NCBI GenBank assembly: GCA_050575255.1
Contig: JBNZDD010013642.1
Coordinates: 3,545,832 to 3,609,831, forward strand
Reading direction: 5' to 3'
Length of the DNA stretch: 64,000 nucleotides
Source: Harriotta raleighana
Taxonomy: Eukaryota
Below the pieces are notes generated by a model. It was not told where the DNA came from and did not search any database. It worked only from the letters and a program-made list of their open reading frames with translations. This document shows, in pieces, positions 26,800 through 39,635 of this stretch. Within the stretch, counting starts at the first letter, position 1, and each line of letters starts with the position of its first letter. Both the position numbers and the translations under genes were made by a program.

Positions 26800-27567
26800 T
26801 ATTTATTGCCAGACAATAGATCTCTGTCAGACTGTTTACCTCTTCAGATATTCCCCAATTCAGCGTACAAAATCTACTTAAATAAATAATCCTTACCTTT
26901 GATATAGAGCCTTTCACATCAATAAGATGCCTGAAAGTGTTTCACAGGTAAAGTACTGTATATTATTGTATTACTTTGATTATTAGTAGGCAAAAGGGAC
27001 ATGCTATTTGGGCACAAAAATGTCCGACAAATAGCCATAATGCGAATGACCAATTTTTTTAGTTTGCATATTTTTTCTAGAATACTGAGAGAAACTGTAA
27101 CAGATACCCAGGAATCTGAAGCCATTTTGATGTATACCAAATCTTTGGGGTTGGTATCAAACTTCAAATTATTTACACTTATTTCACAAATATAAATCGC
27201 AGCCACAATATAATTCAGGGACTATATCACACACATGTGGTATTTATGGTGTCACGTGGTAAGATGCTATTGGTACATGTTTCCAGCTTGTTTGAAGTTT
27301 GGCAGCTGACCTGATTAAATTGGCAGCCGAAGGAGCTTCAAAAATTATTAACAGCTGGGAAAGAGTGCATTGTGTGAGACAATGTAGCTTATAATCTTCA
27401 TGCATGCAGTTCAGAAGGAACCATACCGTAAATGTCACATGGAAAGAGATCTGGTTACTTAGGAATTCTTGAGATCTCATTAAATGTGGTATAAAGTCTT
27501 CATTGAGGTACGTAGTTCAACATTTCCCTCATCCTCATGCTCATAACACCCAGGCTTGATTATTTTG

Positions 27568-27950
27568 AGTCTTAGAGAATAGTGTTAGCACACTCACCTC
27601 ATGAGCGACTAGACCGGGTTCAATTCCCTGGCAGGGTAAAATAAAACCTACGGCAAGTTTCCTTACTCCTTACGCCTTTGTTTACATAACAGTGAGTAGG
27701 AGCCCGGGTATTAGTCGATTGGCAGATCGCTCTCTGAGGATAAAAATCCTTAAAAAATAATGAAAGTAATGCAACAATTTGGTCATTCAAACCACGACTA
27801 TTTTTCAGACACTTCTGTGCACTATTGGCTGCTACATTTCACCCATATAATATACAGTCACTATACTTTACAGTATATTTTGTGAAGTGCTTTGAGACAT
27901 CTTAAAAACGTGATAGGATGCTATATCAAATTCAAAGATTATTATTATTG
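27568..27950 (+). mobile_element. tRNA-derived SINE, longer subtype with an extra internal segment
   Basis: GGGTTCAATTCCC B box, GGCAAGTTTCCTTACTCC, extra GCCTTTGTTTACATAACAGTGAGTAGG segment, core and (ATT)n tail. Confidence 0.8.
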
Positions 27951-28120
27951 TTTAATGCCCAGCTCACTGAAGTCCCAACTCTCTCTACACAATTTGTAGA
28001 CTACCCAGAACTCTGCAGTCCGTCTCCTCTCTTCATCAGGCTCCACAAGCATATCACACTTCTCATCTATTATTTTTGACCATGCTTTTGATCATCTTTG
28101 CTCTCTTCACCTTATACAAG

Positions 28121-28146
28121 CACACACACACACACACACACACACA
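28121..28146. repeat. (CA)13 microsatellite
   Basis: Direct dinucleotide run. Confidence 0.95.
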
Positions 28147-28749
28147 GTTCAGGCTCTAACTTAGTCTGCTAACATAAGATGTAAACTGCTGTTGCAGGAA
28201 GGCTGAACTTTCTCAATTCCTCAATTTTACTGGAAGGAAAACTTCTGTATCTCTCAGAAATTTGTCTTTCAGGAAAGTTAATTGGAATGAATCAATTCTT
28301 GATGGCATTATGTACAATTTTACATTGAAAAGATTAGAAGGATGGAGGGGAAATAATCAATTTGGGTCAGAAAAAAATCAGAGCTTGGATTCATCTTGAT
28401 TAAAGTTGAATTAAAGCAGTGTGCTGTGGACTTGTACCGAAATGCTAAGATCAATGGTATGGGTAATGTAATAATCATCACCAGTAATATTGCAGCACTA
28501 TCATTAATTCTGCTTCAGAATCTCAATGGCAGCGGTGAAACAGATCCATGTCCGTCGGGGGATGTTTTGGGCTCAATAATTTTGATGTACTAGGTGTGTT
28601 AAGGTATCATCATAGCTCGGTTGGTTTCACTCCATCTCTGAGTCAGAAGTTTGTGGGTTCAAGCCCCAAATAGGGAATTTGAGCTCATAATCTAACTCAA
28701 ACAGGAAAAAAAATTGGTCCCCCGCTTTTGCACGTCACCTTGCATTTAT

Positions 28750-29420
28750 GCACTGCCATGTTTCAGGCTGTAATTATGACAGCTTCTAACAGTCGTCCTG
28801 CCCTTCATTCCACCCCAGAGCGATAAAAGCAAAACCTCTTTTGTCAAGAATGACTATTTAAAAATGTTAAACCATCATCTATGCCTCCCAGCATGTTCCA
28901 GCATGAAACAGGCAGAGTTCAGTTGTTGTATCCTGTATCAGGTGGTGTTCTGGCACAGCTTTTACACAGCAATAGAAATGCCCACAGATTCTAGGAATGG
29001 TGCCAGTAACACTGGCTACTGATTTCTGTTTCTTGAGGATATTATGCACAGCAAGCTTTAGTATGAGCGCAAAGCAGTATACATTATCACAGTCAGAGTC
29101 AAGGCCACCTTCATGCATAGCTTTCATTGTGTTTATGCCATTGACTGTGACAACAGTACACCTCAGAACAAATTTGAAATAATAAAATTAAAAAGTCCTC
29201 TGCGGCAACTTCCAATCCCCTGCCGTTCTGGTGACAAGCGTTTGACGGTTCACAAACTAGCGGGATGGTGAGGGTTGGAAGAGGAGGAAAAAAATCTTGT
29301 TGAGAAACTAGCCTGAGGCAAATGACACTAAAGCAGCACAATTATTCAAAGTCCACCTTGAAACTATTAGCATCGCTGTGCTGTCACCCAAACAAGCTGT
29401 TGAAGAATAATGGAAAGGAC
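28750..29420 (-). pseudogene. hAT (Ac/ZBED-like) transposase relic
   Basis: Minus frame TVVTVNGINTMKAMHEGGLDSDCDNVYCFALILKLAVHNILKKQKSVASV..RICGHF..PEHHLIQDTTT parallels hAT VVTDNA.NM.KA..CFAHTLQLAV..RKIVGHF..LIQDV.TRWNS; catalytic motifs mutated. Confidence 0.75.
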
Positions 29421-30283
29421 GCTAGATAACTAAGGCTACAGTTAACGCTTTTCAAAGATGCTGTATTATTTCTGAACCTAAAATATCAGCAATTGTTACA
29501 TTGGTAACTTAATCTCAGAATGCTAAACACCTCTCACATTAGATTCAATTGTAAACGCAGACTATTTAGAAAAGAAATCTACACAACGATGAGAAAATTT
29601 CACTGTGGAGCACCTTTCAAGTCAGAACATCCAAGTCTACAATCTATGAGTAGTTACCACTGAAGTAGAGGATGCTAAAAAAAGACTTCAGTTCAATAAT
29701 TTATAATTTAAAAAATTTATTCAAAGCATTATTACAACTGCAATCTCTTTTAGCATTTTACCATACGGCTAAATATTATACAGTTAAATGTAACTTATTA
29801 TGCCTGACTAGTGAATTAACTGTTCAGATCTAACAGCTTAAATTATGCACATTCTTAATTTAACATCCACATAAATGGATGTAACATTTCTGGAACATTT
29901 TACTGCTGAATACTAATAATTAGATGCAGGCAAAGAAGAATTTTCATTTTGAGGCAGAAAAAAGTCATCCTCAAAGGATTTAAAGAAAGAGGATAATTCT
30001 CCATTGGTCAGCATGTTTCCAGCCACCAACAGTAGACAATTTACCTCACCAGAATTCATGTCTGTGTAGCTTCATCACCATTAGAGGATCCATTCATGAG
30101 GGACATTGTTGCCAATGGTGACAGAATCTCATGTAAATTCGCCAGAAGATAGAATGGTGAAGATCATACCTAATGCAATGAATGATGCTTCCTATTGGAA
30201 TGAGGATTGATGCTCAACATGGCAGAACATATAATAATATAATAAACCTAGTATTTGATATAGGGTCTTATCACATCTTCGAG

Positions 30284-30429
30284 ACATTTCTATAGTCCTA
30301 AGATTCTGTTCTATTAAAGTATGTCGCTACATTATACAGAGTACAGTACTTTGTGTCACAAAGTACTCTGCATAGGATAGAGACATATGCATACTTTAAT
30401 AGAATAGAACCATAGGACTGTAGAAATGT
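30284..30429. repeat. 146-bp fold-back inverted repeat (second copy 32925-33070)
   Basis: Outer arms 30284-30323 / 30390-30429 match 36 of 40; inner AGTACTTTGTG-T-CACAAAGTACT. Confidence 0.9.
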
Positions 30430-30771
30430 ACAACACAGTAAGAAGCTTTTTGGTCCATTTTTCCTTGTTGGTGAATAGAACCATGATTAATTTGTAAAGA
30501 ATTTTCTAATATGAGAATATCTGAATTCAATTATTGCAGAAGATCAGTATAAGGTTTGTTTTACCCAAATGGATCTTACAGTACTGTATTAGATCTATGT
30601 TTTGTTTAATTCGCGATTCCTTCTTTTTGTAAATTTCACCGAATCATGTATCATTTCTCAACTCAAAGGGCAGACAACTTTGTTCTAGACTTCTGTCAAT
30701 GACGATGATAATGCAGCTAGCTATTGTGCGAGTACTTATGACACTTTTATGGTCAGCCATCAAAACAAATG

Positions 30772-30828
30772 TTCTTGATTGAATATTTGTTGATTCATGC
30801 CATTAATCAACAAATATTCGATCAAGAA
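30772..30828. repeat. 57-bp hairpin (second copy 33413-33469)
   Basis: TTCTTGATTGAATATTTGTTGATT-(9 nt)-AATCAACAAATATTCGATCAAGAA; 24-bp arms with one T-G pair. Confidence 0.9.
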
Positions 30829-31524
30829 AAAAAAGTGGAAACACCCTACCAATCGAACACGGACTTACCTAAACTTGAGTGAATGTTCAGAGTAGGATGC
30901 TTCTTGACAGCTACATATCAGGCCACCATTGCACTATACAGAAGCTCAGGGTAACATCTTCTATGATTATTTGCTCATCGTATTTATGACCAAAGCACCT
31001 TGCCTGCATTCGATGGCTCTGCAGAGAATAAAACCTGGTGGGTTTAATTCAACTTCAGTGTTGTTTCTGATAAAGTAATAGCAAAAGAGAACAAAATCCC
31101 AACCGTACATATACAGTGTACACAAATAGGGTTGGAACTTCAATTGGACAAGTTGTTATGGAAACATGCAAGGGATAATGAATTTGAGGCAACCAATGTG
31201 ATGGGTGAACTAACTTGCATCTATTATGTACTTCGTCTCAGAAATTAATTTAATTCTGAAAAAAACATTAATTGATTATATGAAAAGAAGGCCATATGTG
31301 ACGATGGCTTTGGATTATGTTGCAACATCTGGCCATTTGGCACCAAGTTTTCCATATATTTGTAATATCCTTACTGCTTCTCTGATTTGAATAAAAATAC
31401 ATCCAAAGCTAAAAATTAAAACTGTGCATTATGCAGGGTGACCAAAAACTCATGATACCATTAGAATGATGGATTTTTTAAGACAACATAAGTATTAAAG
31501 AAATTATGATGTTTTTGTTTTAGN

Positions 31525-32060
31525 CCTCCCAGCATGTTCCAGCATGAAACAGGCAGAGTTCAGTTGTTGTATCCTGTATCAGGTGGTGTTCTGGCACAGC
31601 TTTTACACAGCAATAGAAATGCCCACAGATTCTAGGAATGGTGCCAGTAACACTGGCTACTGATTTCTGTTTCTTGAGGATATTATGCACAGCAAGCTTT
31701 AGTATGAGCGCAAAGCAGTATACATTATCACAGTCAGAGTCAAGGCCACCTTCATGCATAGCTTTCATTGTGTTTATGCCATTGACTGTGACAACAGTAC
31801 ACCTCAGAACAAATTTGAAATAATAAAATTAAAAAGTCCTCTGCGGCAACTTCCAATCCCCTGCCGTTCTGGTGACAAGCGTTTGACGGTTCACAAACTA
31901 GCGGGATGGTGAGGGTTGGAAGAGGAGGAAAAAAATCTTGTTGAGAAACTAGCCTGAGGCAAATGACACTAAAGCAGCACAATTATTCAAAGTCCACCTT
32001 GAAACTATTAGCATCGCTGTGCTGTCACCCAAACAAGCTGTTGAAGAATAATGGAAAGGA
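31525..32060 (-). pseudogene. Duplicate copy of the hAT transposase relic (inside the duplicated block)
   Basis: Same peptide as 28879-29127 at 31520-31768. Confidence 0.7.
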
Positions 32061-34167
32061 CGCTAGATAACTAAGGCTACAGTTAACGCTTTTCAAAGAT
32101 GCTGTATTATTTCTGAACCTAAAATATCAGCAATTGTTACATTGGTAACTTAATCTCAGAATGCTAAACACCTCTCACATTAGATTCAATTGTAAACGCA
32201 GACTATTTAGAAAAGAAATCTACACAACGATGAGAAAATTTCACTGTGGAGCACCTTTCAAGTCAGAACATCCAAGTCTACAATCTATGAGTAGTTACCA
32301 CTGAAGTAGAGGATGCTAAAAAAAGACTTCAGTTCAATAATTTATAATTTAAAAAATTTATTCAAAGCATTATTACAACTGCAATCTCTTTTAGCATTTT
32401 ACCATACGGCTAAATATTATACAGTTAAATGTAACTTATTATGCCTGACTAGTGAATTAACTGTTCAGATCTAACAGCTTAAATTATGCACATTCTTAAT
32501 TTAACATCCACATAAATGGATGTAACATTTCTGGAACATTTTACTGCTGAATACTAATAATTAGATGCAGGCAAAGAAGAATTTTCATTTTGAGGCAGAA
32601 AAAAGTCATCCTCAAAGGATTTAAAGAAAGAGGATAATTCTCCATTGGTCAGCATGTTTCCAGCCACCAACAGTAGACAATTTACCTCACCAGAATTCAT
32701 GTCTGTGTAGCTTCATCACCATTAGAGGATCCATTCATGAGGGACATTGTTGCCAATGGTGACAGAATCTCATGTAAATTCGCCAGAAGATAGAATGGTG
32801 AAGATCATACCTAATGCAATGAATGATGCTTCCTATTGGAATGAGGATTGATGCTCAACATGGCAGAACATATAATAATATAATAAACCTAGTATTTGAT
32901 ATAGGGTCTTATCACATCTTCGAGACATTTCTATAGTCCTAAGATTCTGTTCTATTAAAGTATGTCGCTACATTATACAGAGTACAGTACTTTGTGTCAC
33001 AAAGTACTCTGCATAGGATAGAGACATATGCATACTTTAATAGAATAGAACCATAGGACTGTAGAAATGTACAACACAGTAAGAAGCTTTTTGGTCCATT
33101 TTTCCTTGTTGGTGAATAGAACCATGATTAATTTGTAAAGAATTTTCTAATATGAGAATATCTGAATTCAATTATTGCAGAAGATCAGTATAAGGTTTGT
33201 TTTACCCAAATGGATCTTACAGTACTGTATTAGATCTATGTTTTGTTTAATTCGCGATTCCTTCTTTTTGTAAATTTCACCGAATCATGTATCATTTCTC
33301 AACTCAAAGGGCAGACAACTTTGTTCTAGACTTCTGTCAATGACGATGATAATGCAGCTAGCTATTGTGCGAGTACTTATGACACTTTTATGGTCAGCCA
33401 TCAAAACAAATGTTCTTGATTGAATATTTGTTGATTCATGCCATTAATCAACAAATATTCGATCAAGAAAAAAAAGTGGAAACACCCTACCAATCGAACA
33501 CGGACTTACCTAAACTTGAGTGAATGTTCAGAGTAGGATGCTTCTTGACAGCTACATATCAGGCCACCATTGCACTATACAGAAGCTCAGGGTAACATCT
33601 TCTATGATTATTTGCTCATCGTATTTATGACCAAAGCACCTTGCCTGCATTCGATGGCTCTGCAGAGAATAAAACCTGGTGGGTTTAATTCAACTTCAGT
33701 GTTGTTTCTGATAAAGTAATAGCAAAAGAGAACAAAATCCCAACCGTACATATACAGTGTACACAAATAGGGTTGGAACTTCAATTGGACAAGTTGTTAT
33801 GGAAACATGCAAGGGATAATGAATTTGAGGCAACCAATGTGATGGGTGAACTAACTTGCATCTATTATGTACTTCGTCTCAGAAATTAATTTAATTCTGA
33901 AAAAAACATTAATTGATTATATGAAAAGAAGGCCATATGTGACGATGGCTTTGGATTATGTTGCAACATCTGGCCATTTGGCACCAAGTTTTCCATATAT
34001 TTGTAATATCCTTACTGCTTCTCTGATTTGAATAAAAATACATCCAAAGCTAAAAATTAAAACTGTGCATTATGCAGGGTGACCAAAAACTCATGATACC
34101 ATTAGAATGATGGATTTTTTAAGACAACATAAGTATTAAAGAAATTATGATGTTTTTGTTTTAGATA

Positions 34168-34532
34168 CAGTAAAACCTTGTTCATCCGTGACCCAATCAA
34201 CCGGATTGCTCGACCCCCTCCCGGGTCAATTCCCCATTCCAGAATTGCGAGTTTGCTCACTTTGCGCATGCGCACTTAGTAAATTTACGAACTTGGGTTT
34301 TTTACCGATCGGTAAAAAATGCTGTTTTAACGATTTTTTCCCCGACTGTGCTGGAATGCTTTATTGGTAAGTATCCATACAATATTCTGTTAATCTGTAG
34401 TCTATTATTAACATGATATGTTTTAAAATAAGTTAATTTTTTATGTTGGGTTTTCGGCAACTTGTCCCCATTTATCCGGCACAGTCAATTAGTTGACCCC
34501 CCCGAGTGTGCCGGATAAACGAGGTGTGACTG
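34168..34532. mobile_element. Tigger-like MITE (family A), 365 bp
   Basis: CAGTAAAACCTTGTTCATCCG ... CGGATAAACGAGGTGTGACTG, TA flanks; internal sequence homologous to 9642-10010. Confidence 0.9.
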
Positions 34533-35697
34533 TAATAGGGTAGTTATCATGACATTTTGGACATCCTATAGTTTGATTATTGCTTCTAAACTTCATTACT
34601 TTAGTTCTATGACCAAAAAATTCATGATACTATTACATTTTCAAAGGAGTCTTGAAAAAATTATGCTGTGTTTTTTTAAGATAATAGAATAGTTATCATG
34701 ACTTTTTGCTCTCCCTATTGTTTGACTATTATCACTAAAGTTCATTACAGTTCATACCCACATCTCACCAGTTCTTGTCAGGCTCCACAGAATGGGTCTA
34801 CACAAAATAGTTACACTCATGTTCAAATCCCTTCTCTCTCTGCCACCTCCCTACTTCTCCGATTTCCGACAATCCCTCCGCCTTGCCTCCCCTCTTCCCC
34901 TTTTCAAGTCCTTCCTGAAAACCTTCTATAACTGTAATTATGTTGTTGTTATTGTTGTTGTTCCTCTTTGATTGTGCTTACTAATTTTACTGGGTTCTGG
35001 TATTTTAAGAGCTATAGAAGACAATTTTTCTAAATTAAGACAACATTTTCCCAAAACTATTTTTAATTCTCTGAAGATCCTTGAGAAATCCTCCCAATGG
35101 GAAGAGTACTATATCAAATCAAAGTCTGTATGTGTATCAGCTTCGCTTAGTGGTAGAACTCTCATCTCTGAGTCAGAAGATTACATTGTTCATTCTCATC
35201 ATTGCACAATAGTTTTATCACAGAATGGTTCTTTTTGTTTAACAAACAAGCTCCACCTCTGTACTTTTCTTATATTTTTATAAAGAAATATATATTTATT
35301 GATTAAAAACATATATTTCCATTTGTTTTTAAAAAAACACCGATGACAACCCTCGCCAAAATGTAAACCCCACTGTGACAAGTGCGCAACGGCCCTGTCT
35401 TTTCACCCTCGCAACAAACCCTCCCCAAAACAAATTCCACCTGCTTTGTGGAAACAAAATCTGCTTGTGTTACAACATGAACACCTATTACACCATTCCC
35501 AACCATTGTGTCCATTGGAACTTAGAGGTGGACATTACAGTCACCCATGTTCCTCTTATAGGACCAGGGCCTTTTCGGTTCTCTAGACTGCTGCCTTTAT
35601 TTACAGGAAGCAGTTAGAATCGGGCTAATCCCAGCTCTGCCATTCTTCACTTACGGATGGCAGGCCAAACAAAAACTCCAGTCCGATGCTCCCCCCT

Positions 35698-38600
35698 TTA
35701 TGGGGAGAGACTTTTCCCCCCACAAAAACAAAAACACGATGCATTTCGGGACACTCTCTGGTTACAAGTAGAGCGTCCCTTTACAAACACTAAGCATAGA
35801 TACCCTGCAGCATTGGGCATAGGTACCCTGACGCGCAGATCAAGGAGTTGCTCTGGCGGGGTCAGACTCCATCTATCCTTGGCCTCGGTTGAGCCCACCT
35901 CCATCGTGTCCCTGGTGACGTGTACTCCCTGACTCTTACCAGCACCAGTCTATATCAGGCCTTCACCGATTTATCTCCACGCATGAAGACATCCCAGTTC
36001 CGGAAGACCCAAAGGCCTTCCATTACTGAGTTGATGACCCTCCAGGCGTATTGGATGTCAGTCACCTTGTGCGTCCCCGGGAAGATGCAGTGCAGCACAG
36101 GGTGCTGTGATAGCAGGATGAATCGTGCGAGTAGCCATTCTGTCCTTTTCCACACCTCCTTGGTGTAGGCGTAATGTAATGTATGTTCCTCTTTCTTCCT
36201 GCCTCCGCAAGCCTCCCAAGGGCTGTGTTCGGATTGCCCCAAGCCTCTATAAAGGCCCCGAGGGACAAAGCTCGTTTGACTGCAATCCAGGCCGCATCTT
36301 GGTGTTTGTTAGTCAGAGCTGGGGACGACACGTTCTCCTGGATGTGACTGACGTTCGCCGAAGAATACCCCAACAATGATTCCCTCACCTCTCTTTCTCG
36401 GATGATGTCTACCACTATCCTCCCTGACCAACTGGGAATCCCAGAGGGATCCACTGTGTTCTGAGCCAGAAATGTCTCTATTTCTTTTGAATACCCATGG
36501 ATACTCCAACTCAGAAGGGTGTTCCGTGGCTAGTTCCGCTATCTCTATTCTTCTCAGCACTGGGTACAACAACAACTTCAATTTATATAGCGTCCTCCAC
36601 GCCGGACGGCATCTTAGAGCGCTTCACAATAGCGGATCCCAGGACTGAGCCAGGGGTAGGGGTAGAAAGGTGACCAAAGGCGCGGTCAAAGAGAAAGGTC
36701 TTCAGCTGGGACCTGAAACTGGAAAAAGAGGGGGTGAGGTGGAGGGAGTAAGGAAGAGAATTCCAGAGCCTCGGGGCGTAGTGACTGAAGGCACGGCCGC
36801 CAAGGGTGGAGTGGAGGATTCGGGGTACATGGAGGAGGCCAGACCTGGCAAAGTGAAGGCAACAGGTGCTGGTTTGAGGAGAGAGGAGGTCAGAGAGGTA
36901 GGGGGTGCAGAGGAGAGGAGGGATTTGAAGACAAGTGTGAGGATCTTGAAATCAATCCTCTCTGGGATAGGGAGCCAGTGAAGTCTGGCAAGGACTGTGG
37001 TAATGGGAGAGCGAAGTTTGGTGAGGGTACAGTTAGACGTTTAGCATATATATGCATGTAGTGCCCTCATATCAGGGTTCCTGGCATATTCTCACACAGC
37101 TACACACAAAGATGGACCATGAGAGTCCGGGCTAACGTTAGGGACACCCTTCCCTCCCTTTTCTGGAGCCTTGTTTATTGTGGCACTGCGGACACAATCC
37201 ATCCTAGAACTCCACATAAACTTGAAGATAGCTCTGGCGACGTTGTTTTTGGTCAAAGGCCAGACTTGCGCCATATACAATAACCCAGATATCACCTCAC
37301 ATTGAATCACCAGATTTTTCCCGGTGATTGATACCGCGTGGTTTTGCCACCCTCCCTAACTTCTTCTTGACCCATACTATCCACTCTTCACGATTTTTAG
37401 CACCCGTCCTGTCAGCCCCAAACCAGATACCTAAGATTTTAATATAATCCGGTTTGACCACAAAAGGTACACGTTTGCGATCTCGCCAGTTGCCAAAGTA
37501 CATCACCTCATATTTTTGGCGATTTATTCTGGCACCGAATGCCCATTCAAAAAGATTGCAGATGCCCATCAGATTCTCGATCGATCGGCGGTTAGAGCAA
37601 AATACTGCAATATCATCCATATGTAGGGAACCCTTGGCTTGCATGCCTCAGTTGCCCGGCATGGTGATATCTCTGATGCTCTCTTCCCTTCTGATTGCCT
37701 ATGCAAAGTTCTCTATGCAGCATACAAACAGGGTTGGGGAGAGAGGACACCCCTGCCTGACTTCAGATCTGACGGGAAAAGTCAGCGTTTCATTCCCATT
37801 TATCGCCACTACAGATATCTCTGTAGAGCAGGTGGACCCAATCCAGAATTCTCTGTCCGAAACCCATTTTGACAAGAACCTCATACATGTAATCATGAGA
37901 TACTCGGCCAAAGGCTTTCTCTTGGTCCAGACTGATGAGGCAAGTCTCCATCCCTCTCTCCTGGATGTAGGTGATGGTATCCCTGAGCAACACAAGGTTG
38001 TCAGAGATCCTCCGGCCTGGAACTGTGCAGGTCTGATTGGGGTGTATTATCTGCTCCATCACAGTCTTCATCCTTTCCGAGACTACCTTGGCCAAGATCT
38101 TATCATCCGCATTAAGCAGAGATATTAGCTCCAATTCCTCATCTCCTCTTTCTCCCCTTTCTTTTTAAAGATCAAGGTGATGTTCTCTTTCCGCATAGCC
38201 ATAATTCCTTCCAGAAGATCTGCTCCAATCTCGTCCCACAAGACTAAGTAGAGCTCCGCCATCGCTCCCTGGGGTCTTACCAGTCCGAAGGGATTTGACC
38301 ATCTGGGTCAACTCTTCTGTAGAGAGTGGCTGGTCCTGATGTTTTCGTTTCCCCTCATCTACCACTTCAGTGAGGGCAGAAAATCCTGAGTGGCCGTGCT
38401 CTCTGTGGTTTTCTCGTAATACAGGTCCTCACAGGAGGATCTTGCGATCCTCCGTATGCCTTCCTATTCCATGCACACTTAGCCGTTTTCATCCTTCAAT
38501 CCAAAAATCACAGAGTTGCCTCTGATCGCTTTCTGGAAGAAGAAGCTTGTACGTTTCTCATCTCATTCTATTGTGCACACTCTGGAGCGGAATATGATCT

Positions 38601-39630
38601 TGGAGGCTTCAAAGGCAAGCAATACAGTTTGTTGGTCTCTCACCTCTTCAATTCCTCCCTTACGTCTGCACCTTCTAGCTGCTGCTTTAAGAGTTTTTGT
38701 AACTCCTTCTGCAGCCCAGCCATTGCCCTATTCCAGGCCTTTGCCAATTGTACCCCTTTTCAAACAAAGAATTCTTTAATTCTCACCTTTATCATTTCCC
38801 ACCATTCTGTCGAGCAGTCGCAGAAGTTCCTGAAGGATATTCCACCCTTGATACTCCTTCTGCAACATTTTTCTCAACATTTTTCCAGGTAATTAATTTC
38901 ACATTCAGCTTCCACGACCTCCAACCTGTCCTCCTGCTTTCCCGAACTTGCAAGTTTGTCAGCAGGAAGCGATGGTCAGTAAAGAACGCTGGCTGAACGT
39001 TGGTACTTTCCATTTCCAGGCCTCTCAAACAGAATAGGAAGTCTAACTGTGAGAAGATCGACTCATTGGGTCTAGAAAAAGTGAAACCATCTACTGGAGC
39101 CTTGAAAATGTCTCGCATCTGCCCATCTGCAACCACTCTTTGGAGCAGCCTGGACAAAGTGTCCACTTCATCTCTCTCCAATATACAATTAAAATCCTCT
39201 CCTAATATGACTGGTCTGGATGTGACCAGCAAAGGAGGCAGCATCTGGAAAAGGGCCTCTCGTTCATGTCTTCCAATCGGGTCGTATACATTGATCAGCC
39301 TGATTGGAGCTTCATTGTAGACGATGTCCAAAACAAGGAGTCTTCGCACCCCCATCACCTCCTTATGGCCAGTGATGTTGAGGTTCTTTTCTCGCAGTAG
39401 GACCGCTACACCAGAGTTACGATTGTCGTTACCTATGGACCCCATAGAGTGTCCGTAGGAGTCTCACCAACTGGACCAGGTTCTGTAACTATTGGAGTGC
39501 AGAGTCCAACACTCCTGCAGGAACAGGTACCTTAGACAGGTACTTTACCTTAGACAGGTACACAAGCTTCGCTACACAGCGCGTTTTTTTTAATGCTGCG
39601 CACGTTCAGGGTACCTATCATCAGTGCCAT
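35698..39630 (-). pseudogene. Tx1 ORF2: APE endonuclease + reverse transcriptase + C-terminal region, frameshifted
   Basis: ATG at 39630 MALMIGTLNVRSI, LFLQEC, SGVAVLL, INVYDP, ILGEDFNCIL, FFTDH (APE); ISLLNADDKILAKV, LDQEKAFGRVSH, VRQGCPLSP, LHMDDI, IKILGIWF (RT); FPGTHKVTDIQYAWRVINSVMEGLW. Confidence 0.92.
36569..37024 (-). mobile_element. L2 3' fragment nested in Tx1 ORF2
   Basis: (CAA)n tail and L2 3' UTR/ORF2 end; GGGTACA on both sides (36562-68, 37025-31); the Tx1 frame (..LYPVLRR..) rejoins when it is removed. Confidence 0.92.
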
Positions 39631-39635
39631 TTACG

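Larger units (their letters stand above)
28884..34164. other. Tandem 2640-bp duplication joined by a single N (probable assembly artefact)
   Basis: 28884-31523 and 31525-34164 look identical wherever compared; N at 31524; identical ORFs at offset 2641. Confidence 0.9.
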
